Source: Spirochaetia bacterium
GTDB taxonomy: Bacteria > Spirochaetota > Spirochaetia > UBA9216
Length of the DNA stretch: 64,000 nt
Direction of reading: 5' to 3'
Assembly (NCBI GenBank): GCA_963675665.1
Contig: OY776510.1
Location: 4,672,001 to 4,736,000, forward strand
Position numbers and translations under genes: made by a program. Under the pieces are notes generated by a model, which was not told where the DNA came from, ran no database searches, and saw only the letters and a program-made list of their open reading frames with translations. Positions 1 to 9,862 of this stretch are shown piece by piece. How positions within the stretch are numbered: the first letter of the stretch is position 1; every line of letters starts with the position of its first letter.

Positions 1-55
1 GCTCGAGTACTGTCATGCCTGCGATTGCTTCTAAAATTTCTTCTTTTGTAGCCAT
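1..55 (-). CDS. rplL: 50S ribosomal protein L7/L12, 5' part (runs off window)
   Basis: Manual translation MATKEEILEAIAGMTVLE; AGGAG/AAGG SD upstream; follows rplJ; not in ORF track. Confidence 0.95.
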   Translation of the reverse strand, partial: MATKEEILEAIAGMTVLE

Positions 56-245
56 ATTACCTTCTCCTTGTTATATTTATTTTTTTCAGCAGGAATAGCA
101 TGAGCTACCATGAAGACTAATCCTGCACTAAAGTCAGTTAAAAACCGGTTGTTTTCAACTGACTTTTTGGAGTTTTTACTTCCAGCAAAAACTCCATGCT
201 CTATAACAATCCAAAACTGAAGTTTCGAATTGGATCTAACATCTT

Positions 246-779
246 TTATTCGCTTTTACTATCCTGAACAGCTTTAAGTGTTCTTACAAACTTTTCAGGC
301 ACTGCATTTAAAATATACACAAAATTCTGTAAAGGAGCGTTCATCGTTCCCATAAGTTTTGCAATAAGTTCCAGTTTTGTCGGCAGCTTGGAATATGCTT
401 CCATCTGTTTCTCATCAAAAATATCGCTTCCGATAATTCCGCCTTTTACCGCTACAGGAGCATCTTTGGCAAACTCAAACAGCTCTTTGGCTGCAGCGCC
501 CGCCTCATCCCCGGAGATAACAACAGCGGTAGGGCCGACAAGCATGTCGCCTACTTCAGGTTTATCAAGCTCCCTGAGTGCAATTTTGGCAAACCTGTTT
601 TTTACAACTTTGTATGTAGACCCGGTCTTTCGGAGCTTGTTTCTGAGTTCAGTTATCTGCTCAACTGTAAGACCTCTGTAATCTGTAAAAATAAAATTAT
701 CAATGCCTTCAAAATCGCTTTTCAGAGCGTTAATCGCCTCGACCTTCTCAGGCTGGATTTTTACTGTATAATCAGACAT
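246..779 (-). CDS. rplJ: 50S ribosomal protein L10
   Basis: DYRGLTV, VVKNRF, LVGPTA, KLPTK motifs; rplKAJL synteny. Confidence 0.97.
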   Translation of the reverse strand: MSDYTVKIQPEKVEAINALKSDFEGIDNFIFTDYRGLTVEQITELRNKLRKTGSTYKVVKNRFAKIALRELDKPEVGDMLVGPTAVVISGDEAGAAAKELFEFAKDAPVAVKGGIIGSDIFDEKQMEAYSKLPTKLELIAKLMGTMNAPLQNFVYILNAVPEKFVRTLKAVQDSKSE

Positions 780-796
780 ATATCTTCTCCTTCAGC

Positions 797-1477
797 CTAT
801 ACCGCTTCTTTGATATTGACGCGAACACCAGGTCCCATTGTAGATGACAGCGCTACCGATTTAATAAAATCACCTTTTACCTCTGCAGGTTTCTTTTTGG
901 TAATCTCCGCAACAATATGTTCGGCATTTACTTTCACCTTTTCAGGATCCATCGAAACCTTTCCAACCGCAATATGTACAACACCGGTTTTGTCCGATCT
1001 GTACTCTACGCGTCCTTTAGACAATTCTGCGAGGGCGCCTTTTATGTCAAAAGTAACAGTCTGTGTCTTCGGATTAGGCATAAGTCCCCTTCGTCCAAGG
1101 ATAGGACCGAGCCGTCCCACGTCCTTCATCATGTCAGGGGTAGCAACAGCTACGTCGAAATCAAGCCAGCCGCCTTTAATCTTTTCAATAAGATCATCGT
1201 CTCCTACATAAGCAGCTCCGGCGGCCTTTGCCTCTTCCACCTTATCACCTTTTGCAAAAACAAGAACCCGTTTCTCCGCACTGAACTGCTCGGGAAGAAC
1301 AGTCGTGTCACGAACAGTCTGGCTCTTTTTAAGGTTGAGCTTTACCGAAATCTCTACTGTTTCATCAAATTTGGCATACGCAAGTTCTTTTACAAGCTTT
1401 GCCGCTTCATCATATGAATAAAGTGTCTGCTTTTCATATTTTGATGCTGCTTCTATATATTTTTTCCCGCGCTTCAT
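797..1477 (-). CDS. rplA: 50S ribosomal protein L1
   Basis: [22 protein letters not shown] motifs. Confidence 0.98.
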   Translation of the reverse strand: MKRGKKYIEAASKYEKQTLYSYDEAAKLVKELAYAKFDETVEISVKLNLKKSQTVRDTTVLPEQFSAEKRVLVFAKGDKVEEAKAAGAAYVGDDDLIEKIKGGWLDFDVAVATPDMMKDVGRLGPILGRRGLMPNPKTQTVTFDIKGALAELSKGRVEYRSDKTGVVHIAVGKVSMDPEKVKVNAEHIVAEITKKKPAEVKGDFIKSVALSSTMGPGVRVNIKEAV

Positions 1478-1909
1478 CTAGCCCTCCACTTCAACGCCCA
1501 TACTTCGGGCTGTTCCTGCAATAATTTTAATCGCAGCATCTACATCATTAGAATTAAGATCGGGCTTTTTCATTTCTGCGATCTCTTTCAGCTGTGCTTT
1601 GGTTATCTTTCCGACCTTAACCTTGTGCGGTTCTGCTGATCCGCTGGCAAGATTAATTGTCTTTTTGATAAGAACTGCGGCAGGAGGAGTCTTGGTTATA
1701 AACGAGAAAGACTTGTCTGCATATACTGTGATAACAACCGGAATAGTCAAACCCGGTTCAAATTTTGCGGTCCTGTCGTTGAACTGCTGACAGAACTGCG
1801 GTGCTGATACACCGTGAGGACCAAGTGCAGGTCCAACTGGCGGAGCTGGAGTTGCCTTGCCGGCAGGTACCTGGAGCTTTATCATCCCCGTAACCTTTTT
1901 CTTAGCCAT
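1478..1909 (-). CDS. rplK: 50S ribosomal protein L11
   Basis: [23 protein letters not shown] motifs. Confidence 0.98.
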   Translation of the reverse strand: MAKKKVTGMIKLQVPAGKATPAPPVGPALGPHGVSAPQFCQQFNDRTAKFEPGLTIPVVITVYADKSFSFITKTPPAAVLIKKTINLASGSAEPHKVKVGKITKAQLKEIAEMKKPDLNSNDVDAAIKIIAGTARSMGVEVEG

Positions 1910-1921
1910 TAAAATCTCCTT

Positions 1922-1977
1922 CGTGGTATTAACGTCAAAAACCGAAGGTTGTTAAACCTGAGGTTTAAGACTCCCAT
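1922..1977 (-). promoter_or_regulatory. Putative L1-binding autoregulatory leader of rplK-rplA
   Basis: Minus strand ATGGGAG...(hairpins)...TACCAC directly before the AAGGAG SD of rplK, resembling the GGGAG/ACCAC L1 site. Confidence 0.5.
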
Positions 1978-2022
1978 CTTCCTTGTCCGGAACATCGAAC
2001 AGATGTTTTCCGTTCCGAATGC

Positions 2023-2577
2023 TTATATTTTCTCAACCTGAAGAAAATCAAGTTCAACAGGGGTTGCGCGGCCGAAAATTCCGACCATAACCTTAAGTTT
2101 CCCTTTCTCCAGGTTAATTTCTTCAATTGATCCGGTAAAAGTATCGAAAGGCCCGTCAACAATACGGATTGTCTCTCCGACTGCAAAACTTTGCTTGGGC
2201 TTAAGAACCTTGTCGGATTTAATCTCCCCAGCTTTCTGAAGAATAGCCCGGGCTTCATCCTGGCTTATCGGCTGAGGCTTAAAACCTTTCCTGGCGCCTA
2301 CAAATCCGGTTACACCCTGTATCATCCTGATCTTCGAACAGGCGGCTTCCCACCTTACATCAGGCAGGTCCATTTCAACCAGAATATATCCCGGAAGAAA
2401 CTTTTTTGAAGAAACCTTCTTTTTACCGTCTTTTACTTCGACAACATCTTCTGCCGGAACCTTTATATCGAGAATAACCTCGGCTAATTCGGGCTCTTCC
2501 ATCAGAAGCCTAATATATCTTTCCACTTTATTCTCATACCCGGAGTAAGTATGAACCACATACCAGCCTTTAGCCAT
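2023..2577 (-). CDS. nusG: Transcription termination/antitermination factor NusG
   Basis: WYVVHTYSGYE, FLPGYILVEM, KOW motif DGPFDTFTG, IFGRATPVEL; start placed at MAKGW. Confidence 0.97.
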   Translation of the reverse strand: MAKGWYVVHTYSGYENKVERYIRLLMEEPELAEVILDIKVPAEDVVEVKDGKKKVSSKKFLPGYILVEMDLPDVRWEAACSKIRMIQGVTGFVGARKGFKPQPISQDEARAILQKAGEIKSDKVLKPKQSFAVGETIRIVDGPFDTFTGSIEEINLEKGKLKVMVGIFGRATPVELDFLQVEKI

Positions 2578-2644
2578 AATCACCTTTCCTTAAAAGACAA
2601 ACGCTGCCGGAATTTTCCCGGTCTTTAGGGCTGCAAAATCGTTT

Positions 2645-2827
2645 TTAACTGAAAAGCTTATCAATTCCTGTAACAAGAAGAAAATCCACTAACCCGAGTA
2701 TGGCGGCAAAAAGAACAACAGAGATAACAACAACTCTGGTTGAAGACCCCACTTCTTCCCTGCTGGGCCAGGATACTTTCTTAAGCTCTGAAATACTGTC
2801 TCTGAAAAACTGAATAATTCTTTTCAT
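2645..2827 (-). CDS. secE: Preprotein translocase subunit SecE
   Basis: ELKKVSWPSR plus single TM helix; upstream of nusG. Confidence 0.96.
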   Translation of the reverse strand: MKRIIQFFRDSISELKKVSWPSREEVGSSTRVVVISVVLFAAILGLVDFLLVTGIDKLFS

Positions 2828-2976
2828 TTTGAGCTCCCGTTCAATAAAAAAGCTACGCGGTAGCTTTCAATTACATAGTAACTGAAAGTTACATAATAAC
2901 TTTCAGTTGCCATGCAACCCTCAGCTGCAGAACAGCTTTTACGAGATCCGAAAAACGAACCTCAATAAAAAAAATA

Positions 2977-3050
2977 CAGGCCAGGTAGGATTCGAACCTA
3001 CAACATCCGGTTTTGGAGACCGGCGCTCTAGCCGTTGGAGCTACTGGCCT
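2977..3050 (-). tRNA. tRNA-Trp (CCA), 3' CCA not encoded
   Basis: Cloverleaf AGGCCAG...CCGGT-CTCCAAA-ACCGG...GTTCGAATCC...CTGGCCTG. Confidence 0.97.
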
Positions 3051-3059
3051 GTATGTTAT

Positions 3060-3236
3060 TTACTTAATTTTGGTTTCTACATGCAGAGTGTGTTTATTAT
3101 CCCACTTACAGTACTTCATAAGTTCCATTTTACCCTGCATATTCCGTCTGTTTTTTTGAGTAGTGTAATTGCGGCGGTTACACTCGCTGCATTTTAAGGC
3201 GATTTTTTCAACTGCGCCCTTTTTATTTTTTGCCAT
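3060..3236 (-). CDS. rpmG: 50S ribosomal protein L33 (58 aa)
   Basis: Manual translation [58 protein letters not shown]; AGGAG SD; below ORF-track cutoff. Confidence 0.96.
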   Translation of the reverse strand: MAKNKKGAVEKIALKCSECNRRNYTTQKNRRNMQGKMELMKYCKWDNKHTLHVETKIK

Positions 3237-3266
3237 AATATGACTCTCCTAAATTCCTGACTATAG

Positions 3267-3339
3267 AGCCTCCGACCGGATTTGAACCGGTGACCCCATC
3301 CTTACCATGGATGTGCTCTACCGACTGAGCTACAGAGGC
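3267..3339 (-). tRNA. tRNA-Thr (GGT), 3' CCA not encoded
   Basis: Cloverleaf GCCTCTG...CATCC-ATGGTAA-GGATG...GGTTCAAATCC...CGGAGGCT. Confidence 0.97.
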
Positions 3340-3355
3340 ATGACCAAGTTGAAAG

Positions 3356-3384
3356 AACATAGCAAAGATATTTTTTTTTGTCAA
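3356..3384 (-). promoter_or_regulatory. Sigma70-type promoter of the tRNA-Thr/rpmG/secE/nusG operon
   Basis: TTGACA-17 nt-TATGTT with extended TG, just upstream of tRNA-Thr. Confidence 0.75.
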
Positions 3385-3628
3385 TAAGAATTAGCTTGTT
3401 TTTGTCCTGCCCCGCAGGATAGAATATTAGTATAATTTTGAAAAAGGGGCAATAATAAAATCGTGCATCCGTGTACGATTTTATTTTGAAGTATCAAAAA
3501 AATTCTTTTTTTTAATACTTCAGACTTTCCTGGCACCCGCATCCTTGCTGGACTTTATTATTTTGAGCTTATATTGCAGACTTTCACGATGACTTTGACC
3601 GGCAACGGCAAGGGATTTTACGGGAGGA

Positions 3629-4432
3629 ATGATGAAATCACCGAAAGAGACCGCTCTGGATAAAAGAATACTGAAAAAAGTCAATGATAAATGCAGGGCT
3701 GCAGCAGAATACATGATAAGAGATCCGGAAATAAAGTATCTGCAGGATTATGCCAATACAGTCTCAATAAAGCGGCTTAATTACAATGATCACGGCCCGG
3801 TGCATATGCGCAAAGTGGCCCTAAACGCCCTCACAATGGCGCGACTTCTTGAACAGCAAGGCATCAAATTCAGCCTTGAAACAGAAGGGTGCGGCAGCAG
3901 GGAAGACAGTATGGTATCAATTCTGACGGCGACTTTTCTGCATGATATTGGCATGTCCGTCGGAAGAGCTGATCATGAGAAAATTTCCGTAACCCTTGCA
4001 GTGCCTATCATAGACAGGATAATGAAGCATGTTTACCAGGATGATATCGAGCGAATTGTAATCGGCAGATCACTTGCCCTTGAATGCATAATCGGGCATA
4101 TGGGAACCCGGAAAATCCATTCTCTTGAAGCAGGACTTGTTCTTATAGCCGACGGTCTTGATATGGAAAAAGGCCGGGCCAGAATACCCATGATGATAGA
4201 AACCGGCGCCCAGGTTGGCGATATCCATAAATATTCCGCATCGGCAATAGAAAAAGTGGAAATGGAAGTCGGAAAACACAAACCGGTCAAGATTATTGTC
4301 TCCATGAAAGAGTCCGTCGGGCTTTTCCAGATCGAGGAAGTCCTTTTTCCCAAGATCAATTCAAGCCCAATGAAATCCTATATTGAACTTTATGCGGCGG
4401 TTGGAGAGGAAAAAACAAAGAGATATCTTTAA
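3629..4432 (+). CDS. HD-domain metal-dependent phosphohydrolase
   Basis: NDHGPVH, FLHDIG, H, ADGLDM metal-binding motifs; GGGAGG SD. Confidence 0.85.
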   Translation: MMKSPKETALDKRILKKVNDKCRAAAEYMIRDPEIKYLQDYANTVSIKRLNYNDHGPVHMRKVALNALTMARLLEQQGIKFSLETEGCGSREDSMVSILTATFLHDIGMSVGRADHEKISVTLAVPIIDRIMKHVYQDDIERIVIGRSLALECIIGHMGTRKIHSLEAGLVLIADGLDMEKGRARIPMMIETGAQVGDIHKYSASAIEKVEMEVGKHKPVKIIVSMKESVGLFQIEEVLFPKINSSPMKSYIELYAAVGEEKTKRYL

Positions 4433-4584
4433 TTATTTAACCGTTTATGATGGAGAGATTGATTGGTTTCAGTATCTGTAGCCTATTATTGATGTGACAT
4501 ATAATTTTTTTGAGTAAAGAATTGATCTTCCAAAAATGACAGGATAGTATCGTCAATGTTAAAAAATAATTCAAAGAGGGGAAA

Positions 4585-4986
4585 ATGAAAAAGATTCTTA
4601 CTTTATTAGGACTTATAGCACTATTTCTGGTTTATGCATGCAATCTCCCAGGACCTTCAAACCTTTATGGCCTGGTCGGAGAATGGGTTGTTACCGAGAT
4701 CCCGACTAACGTAACGGCAGATTATTCAAATTATGAGAAACTAATTTTTACCAGTACTAAATATCAAATTGAGAACAAAGCCGGTGATATTTTTGAAAGC
4801 GGTTCTATTAGTAATGTGACCGATAGTTCATATAATTACATTATGGAACAATTTACTCCTGAACCAGCTTATGAAGGTTCTGAATGCAGCGCTGTATTCT
4901 CAATTAATAGCAAGGTGTTAACAATCACTTTTCACAATAGAGAGAAAACGGACAATTATGGAACTTTAAAAGCTGAAAGATTATAG
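4585..4986 (+). CDS. Hypothetical lipoprotein (lipocalin-like GxW motif)
   Basis: Signal peptide ending LVYAC; LVGEW; AT-rich; GAGGGG SD. Confidence 0.7.
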   Translation: MKKILTLLGLIALFLVYACNLPGPSNLYGLVGEWVVTEIPTNVTADYSNYEKLIFTSTKYQIENKAGDIFESGSISNVTDSSYNYIMEQFTPEPAYEGSECSAVFSINSKVLTITFHNREKTDNYGTLKAERL

Positions 4987-5044
4987 TTGAGAACAAAACA
5001 CATCATCTCTAATTACAAACTCAGTTGTTTAGCATTAATATTTC

Positions 5045-5145
5045 TATATTTATGTTGTTTCCGTGATGCTTTACTGTAATTGAAATCTTTATTTCATTAT
5101 ATGTATTTCAGTACACTGTTTTTGCCGTGTATTTTATTTGATTAG
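5045..5145 (+). repeat. Island intergenic repeat, copy A
   Basis: TTGTTTCCGTG...CTTTACTG...TATTTCATTATA...GTATTTCAGTACAC shared with copies at 5668, 6615, 10080. Confidence 0.75.
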
Positions 5146-5216
5146 CGAGAGGGAGAAATAGGCGTAGCGGTTACGTTTGACTTTAACTTAAGAAACCGTT
5201 TATAGTCCAAATACAC

Positions 5217-5600
5217 ATGAAAAAGACTTTATTAGTAATATTTCTTTTTAATAGCACTTTATTATTTTCTTTAGATTGCTACTCATATAAATATAACGAA
5301 GACATCACTTATGCAATCGTAATATCTCCATCTCAAGCTTATAACGATGAGTTTGTTGTCGGATTATTAGAGATTGATCCTTCCGGATCTGAACGGTGGA
5401 CAATATCAACCAGAACAATCATTGATGAGAATAATGCCTTTAAATCAAAAATTGACGTTAACTTCCCAACAATCCTGATAAAAAAAGATTCTATCGATGT
5501 TGAAATAAACAGAAAAAACAATGTTATCTTACATCTGAATAAAGTCAATAAAATTACCTATAAAAACTGTGATGTTGTTATACCATTAGTCTTTTTTTAA
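5217..5600 (+). CDS. Hypothetical secreted protein
   Basis: MKK plus hydrophobic signal peptide; AT-rich; no recognised domain. Confidence 0.6.
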   Translation: MKKTLLVIFLFNSTLLFSLDCYSYKYNEDITYAIVISPSQAYNDEFVVGLLEIDPSGSERWTISTRTIIDENNAFKSKIDVNFPTILIKKDSIDVEINRKNNVILHLNKVNKITYKNCDVVIPLVFF

Positions 5601-5667
5601 CTGAGGCACCTGCCCCAATCAATCCGCAATCGTACCGACACTGAAAGCAACCTGGTTCTATTCAAAG

Positions 5668-5751
5668 TCGTTACCTTTACACTGCTTCCTTCGTTCTCTA
5701 CGGAATCAGACACCCATATTTCTCCATATATATGAAAGTATTTCAATACAC
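5668..5751 (+). repeat. Island intergenic repeat, copy B
   Basis: GTCGTTACCTTTACAC...TACGGAATCAGACACCCATATTTC...GTATTTCAATACAC; ungapped similarity to copy C over about 56 nt. Confidence 0.7.
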
Positions 5752-5860
5752 ATGATGATTCAAAAGAAGCCTATTCTTTCAGGGGATAATGGATTAATCT
5801 TCAGTTCTCTAATATATTACGAACAGTATTGGAATAGTTATACAGGAGAGGGTATCGCTT

Positions 5861-6520
5861 ATGAAGCGGTCGACACAAATTATCGTATCGTCTCTCTTTT
5901 ATATGTTTGTAGCTGTCGGTGCCAGTTTAATTGTAAAAGCCAATGTCGGAATGGACTGTTTTTACGCATTTGTAAAAGCTATTTCAACTGTAACTTCAGT
6001 AAAAGTCGGGACCCTGGTTGCAGCGGTCAACTTTTTATTTATGGTTTTTTATATCATTTTATCCGAAGGTAAACATATTCAGGTTTACATCATTCAAGCA
6101 GTTTCGATAATTATTTTTGGTTCAATCGTCAATTTTCTGCTCTACAATGTTTTCAGCCATTTTGATTTAACCAATTATTTTGAAAGATTAACTGTACTTA
6201 TTTCAGGGGTGGTCATCTCCGGCATTTCCATCGGCGTAATAACAGTTTTACATATAATTACGTTTTCTATTGAAGCAACATGTTACCAACTGGAAAAGTT
6301 GCATAAGTTGTCATTTATTAAAGCGCGGTATGGTATTGATTTATTATTCCTGATTACATCATTATCAATATCATTCATTTTCAAAACAGGTTTTTTTATC
6401 AGGGAAGGGACTTTGATAGCCATAATTTTATATTCGTTCATACTGAATTTATCAAAATTATTTGCACAAAAGCACTTTAATATCAGCATCCCGCTTCATA
6501 AAATTGATGAAGATCTTTAA
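5861..6520 (+). CDS. YczE/YyaS/YitT-family membrane protein
   Basis: About 6 TM helices; ANVGMD, KVGT, IREGTLI motifs; GGAGAGG SD. Confidence 0.75.
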   Translation: MKRSTQIIVSSLFYMFVAVGASLIVKANVGMDCFYAFVKAISTVTSVKVGTLVAAVNFLFMVFYIILSEGKHIQVYIIQAVSIIIFGSIVNFLLYNVFSHFDLTNYFERLTVLISGVVISGISIGVITVLHIITFSIEATCYQLEKLHKLSFIKARYGIDLLFLITSLSISFIFKTGFFIREGTLIAIILYSFILNLSKLFAQKHFNISIPLHKIDEDL

Positions 6521-6614
6521 CTTCATTAATTGTTATGTTATTAGGTTTTACATCCTATCTTTATACTTTAATCAACTATTCTTTGGGTATCTCATGGCTA
6601 AAACAATTAAAGTA

Positions 6615-6729
6615 ATCGGTAACTTTACGTTATGCTCTTCCGTCTTTACTGTATTAGATACCCTTATTTCATTATATTGTATATAAGTATTTCAGTACAC
6701 TATTATCGCTGCGAAGTTTAATTGGTTAG
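6615..6729 (+). repeat. Island intergenic repeat, copy C
   Basis: ATCGGTAACTTTAC...CTTTACTG...TATTTCATTATA...GTATTTCAGTACAC...TTAG; matches copy A along about 100 nt. Confidence 0.75.
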
Positions 6730-6797
6730 AAAAAACAGATAGACAATCTATAACTTCTTCAATACAATAATTTCAGATTAAGAAAGCGGGACATCGA

Positions 6798-7661
6798 ATG
6801 AAAAAGATTACCTCAGTCATTGTTTTACTTTTAATTGCAGTTTCTTCTGTTTTTTCTGATAATCAGAAAATTATTACAGTTATGGACTTTGAAACGAGTG
6901 GAGTTTCAGAACAGGAAATGACACTTATTGTCGATTTCTTATCATCTTCAGTTAGTGATTATGAAGATTACATTTTAATTGATAGAAGACAACGTGAAAT
7001 CATTTTATCTGAAGCTCAATTTTCAAATAGTGGGTGTGCTGATGAGTCCTGTGCAATTGAGATAGGACAGTTACTCTCTGCTAGTGAAATGATTGTCGGC
7101 AGTTTAGGTAGTGTAGGCTCTTGCTATCTTATGAATATCAAACTTATTGATGTCGAAACAGGTAAAACAATTAAAGATGTCTCAGAAAAATATGGATCTA
7201 TTGACGAATTGGTTGATGGAAGTGAATTTATAATCAGCACACTTTTCAATAAGACTGCTAAGATTGAAATTAAAGCAGTACAAACAGAAGATGTCCAGAA
7301 TACTGTTACATCAGTTAATTCAACACCTGTAATAGAAACTTTTTCTTTTGGTTCATACCCTGACAAAGTTACTCTAAATAAAGAAATGTATGACACCGCA
7401 AAAAGAAACCGTGGCTTGAAAATCACATCCGGAATACTCTATGGCATTGGTGGCGTTTTCACGGTATTAGATATAATTGGGCTTGTTGGCAGTGGCGGGC
7501 TACCAACTGATAATGATGGCTGGACTATTTTTTTTAGTTTTACAGGTGGTAGTATTGTCGGATTATTGGGGGGGATAATTACAGGCTCACTTACTGAACC
7601 AGTTTACGATATTGATGGACTAAAAACAAAGGTAAGCGGTAATTCTTACCCTATGTCTTAA
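6798..7661 (+). CDS. Exported CsgG/HfaB-like domain protein with C-terminal TM helices; last residues supplied by IS66
   Basis: Signal peptide; VMDFE...IDRRQ..ILSE...GC.DESCAIEIGQLL...IDVETG pattern; IS66 end lies inside its 3' end. Confidence 0.7.
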   Translation: MKKITSVIVLLLIAVSSVFSDNQKIITVMDFETSGVSEQEMTLIVDFLSSSVSDYEDYILIDRRQREIILSEAQFSNSGCADESCAIEIGQLLSASEMIVGSLGSVGSCYLMNIKLIDVETGKTIKDVSEKYGSIDELVDGSEFIISTLFNKTAKIEIKAVQTEDVQNTVTSVNSTPVIETFSFGSYPDKVTLNKEMYDTAKRNRGLKITSGILYGIGGVFTVLDIIGLVGSGGLPTDNDGWTIFFSFTGGSIVGLLGGIITGSLTEPVYDIDGLKTKVSGNSYPMS

Positions 7662-9183
7662 TCTGCTCGGGTGTCATGTTGAACGGCAGCAGTTCTTCAT
7701 AATCAGCCTGTTCTACACAATACGGCAGCTTACGAAAAACATAGTAGAAATAATCATAGACAGAAAGTTTCTGCAATTTAGCCGATTCAACAAGGCTGTA
7801 AAGAATCGCCGAAGATTCAGCACCTCGCTCCGTATCTGAAAACAACCAGTTCTTCCGGCCGATCACAAATGGCCGTATTGCGTTTTCAGCAATGTTGTTC
7901 GACGGTGTCAACAGCGGATTTTCAAGATATAGTTTTAACTGCGCCCAATTATCAAGTGTATATGCAATAGCTTTCCCAAACGACAGAGAGGGAGGTGTAA
8001 GCGCAGCCTGTTCAGTAAGCAGCTCAAACAATGATTTCAGAATCGGTCCAGCCTTGTTTTCTCGTTGCTTTTGAAATCCCTTTTTAGAAAAATCAGCTCT
8101 TAATTCTTCAAGTTCAAAAAGCTTCTTAATCAGATCAAGTATCTGTTTAGCCTCCGGAGATTTAGACATTTCCCAATATTTATAAAAATACCTTCGGGCA
8201 TGTGCCCAACATAAAACATGCCGAATGGATTTATTTCCGCCATTGCGCAACTTTTTCAGGGCAGTGTGATAAGCTTCATAATCATCAGTTTGAAGCCAGC
8301 CGGTATAACTTTGCAGGAAATCATTCGGGATTTCATGAGAACGGCTGGTTTCATACTGGAATACAACCGATTTTTTATCAGGTTTTCCGCCGAGAAATAC
8401 CCACATCCAGGATTTGTCCTGCGCCTTCCGGCCCGTTTCTTTCAATACCTGAACACGGGTCTCATCTGCATTTATAACCGGCCCGTTTTTGATATTATCT
8501 TTAAGCAGTTCATAAAGCGGCCTGCATTTTTCAGCGCATTTTATCGCCAAAGTACTTAATGTAGCCCGTGGTATATCTATTCCTATTGCAGAGAGCCTTT
8601 TGCTTTGTCTGTAAAACGGTAAGGCATATTCAAACTTTTCGTTTATGCTCCAGGCAAGCAGACTTTCATCAGCGATACTTCTGCCAATCAGATGTTTCGG
8701 GCCGGATGCTGTTTGAACTCCGGCTTCATCATTAGCAGTACCTTCACAGCTTCGGCAGGCGTATTTCTTCTTTATTTCGCGTCGAACAATTACTTTCGCA
8801 GGAACTATGCATGCGCGCTCCGATACATCCTCACCGATGCAGACCTTTTCGGCTCCGCATTCACATATTTTATCTTCCTCATCTATATCGTATTCAACGA
8901 TCTCTCTATGAAGGTCTTCCGACAGAGCTTTTCTCCCGGCTCCTTTACGAACAGTTTTTGTATGGGCTTTTACTTCCCGGGTTTCGGTTTCAATTTCATC
9001 CTGCTGTTCAAATGCGGAATCTTCGGCTTCGTTGAATAGAGACGCCTGCTTCTTGTCTTCTTTTGTAAGCTTCTCCGACTTCGCTCCGAAATGAAGCATT
9101 TGAAGCATGTGTACATGTTCTTTTAGCTGAGCATTTTCTTTTTTCAGCCTTTCAATTTCATCACGCAACTGCTCATCACTCAT
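7651..9183 (-). CDS. tnpC: IS66 DDE transposase TnpC
   Basis: FGAKSEK, Cys zinc-finger region, ADET, QTDDY, CWAHARR, NNIAENAIRP, GRKNWLF. Confidence 0.96.
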   Translation of the reverse strand: MSDEQLRDEIERLKKENAQLKEHVHMLQMLHFGAKSEKLTKEDKKQASLFNEAEDSAFEQQDEIETETREVKAHTKTVRKGAGRKALSEDLHREIVEYDIDEEDKICECGAEKVCIGEDVSERACIVPAKVIVRREIKKKYACRSCEGTANDEAGVQTASGPKHLIGRSIADESLLAWSINEKFEYALPFYRQSKRLSAIGIDIPRATLSTLAIKCAEKCRPLYELLKDNIKNGPVINADETRVQVLKETGRKAQDKSWMWVFLGGKPDKKSVVFQYETSRSHEIPNDFLQSYTGWLQTDDYEAYHTALKKLRNGGNKSIRHVLCWAHARRYFYKYWEMSKSPEAKQILDLIKKLFELEELRADFSKKGFQKQRENKAGPILKSLFELLTEQAALTPPSLSFGKAIAYTLDNWAQLKLYLENPLLTPSNNIAENAIRPFVIGRKNWLFSDTERGAESSAILYSLVESAKLQKLSVYDYFYYVFRKLPYCVEQADYEELLPFNMTPEQIKT

Positions 9184-9221
9184 AACAGGAGACTAGCATT
9201 TTTAAATTCGAGTGGGAAGCC

Positions 9222-9566
9222 CTAAACGCGGGAATATTTTAATTGTTTATGTGCCTTGAAAAAATCTATTCCGTCAAGCAGCATCTTTAACTCTTCGAAC
9301 TTTATCTCTCTTGCATCCTCTTCCGTTTCAGGCCAGGGAAACTTATTCTTCTCCAGTCTTTTCTGCCAGAGACAAAAGCCGTTACGATCCCAGTAAATGA
9401 TCTTCAACAGCTTTCTTTTACTGTTGCAGAAAAGAAACAGACTTTTTGAGAACGGGTCGTTCTGCATTATATTCTGAACAGTAACACTCAATCCATTAAC
9501 GCCCTTTCGCAGATCTGTTTTGCCGGGCCGGATAAAATATCGGTAATTTGTGTAATCGAAAATCAT
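9222..9566 (-). CDS. tnpB: IS66 accessory protein TnpB
   Basis: TDLRKG..GL, LFLFCN, KIIYWD.NGF.LWQKRLE. Confidence 0.96.
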   Translation of the reverse strand: MIFDYTNYRYFIRPGKTDLRKGVNGLSVTVQNIMQNDPFSKSLFLFCNSKRKLLKIIYWDRNGFCLWQKRLEKNKFPWPETEEDAREIKFEELKMLLDGIDFFKAHKQLKYSRV

Positions 9567-9862
9567 TCGAGTCCCCCGATTACCTGAAGAACTGATTTTA
9601 ACTGGGTTTCATTAAAACCGGCTGTTATTGAAATCTTAAACTTTTTTGTTTCAATAACTATCTGTGCGGCCGGTGATGAGAAAACAGGTTTAACCTCAAC
9701 AACAGCGGAATCTCCGGGGCAGCCTTGTATGCCGATTCTTTTTCTGTGTTTATAAAAGGTGTTTGGGTGTATCCCAATTTCATTGCAAAACTCCGGAATC
9801 GATTTGCAGCTCTGTCGGTGCTGCTCAAATATTTGGTCCCAGTTTGTAATCTTTTTACCCAT
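9563..9862 (-). CDS. tnpA: IS66 accessory HTH protein TnpA
   Basis: W...S..SI.EFC...GI...TFY HTH pattern; overlaps tnpB by 4 nt. Confidence 0.9.
   Translation of the reverse strand: MGKKITNWDQIFEQHRQSCKSIPEFCNEIGIHPNTFYKHRKRIGIQGCPGDSAVVEVKPVFSSPAAQIVIETKKFKISITAGFNETQLKSVLQVIGGLE

Noticed and set aside
2907-3197. 96-aa ORF here and 88-aa ORF at 18384-18650
   Set aside because: They are antisense read-throughs of tRNA genes and rpmG
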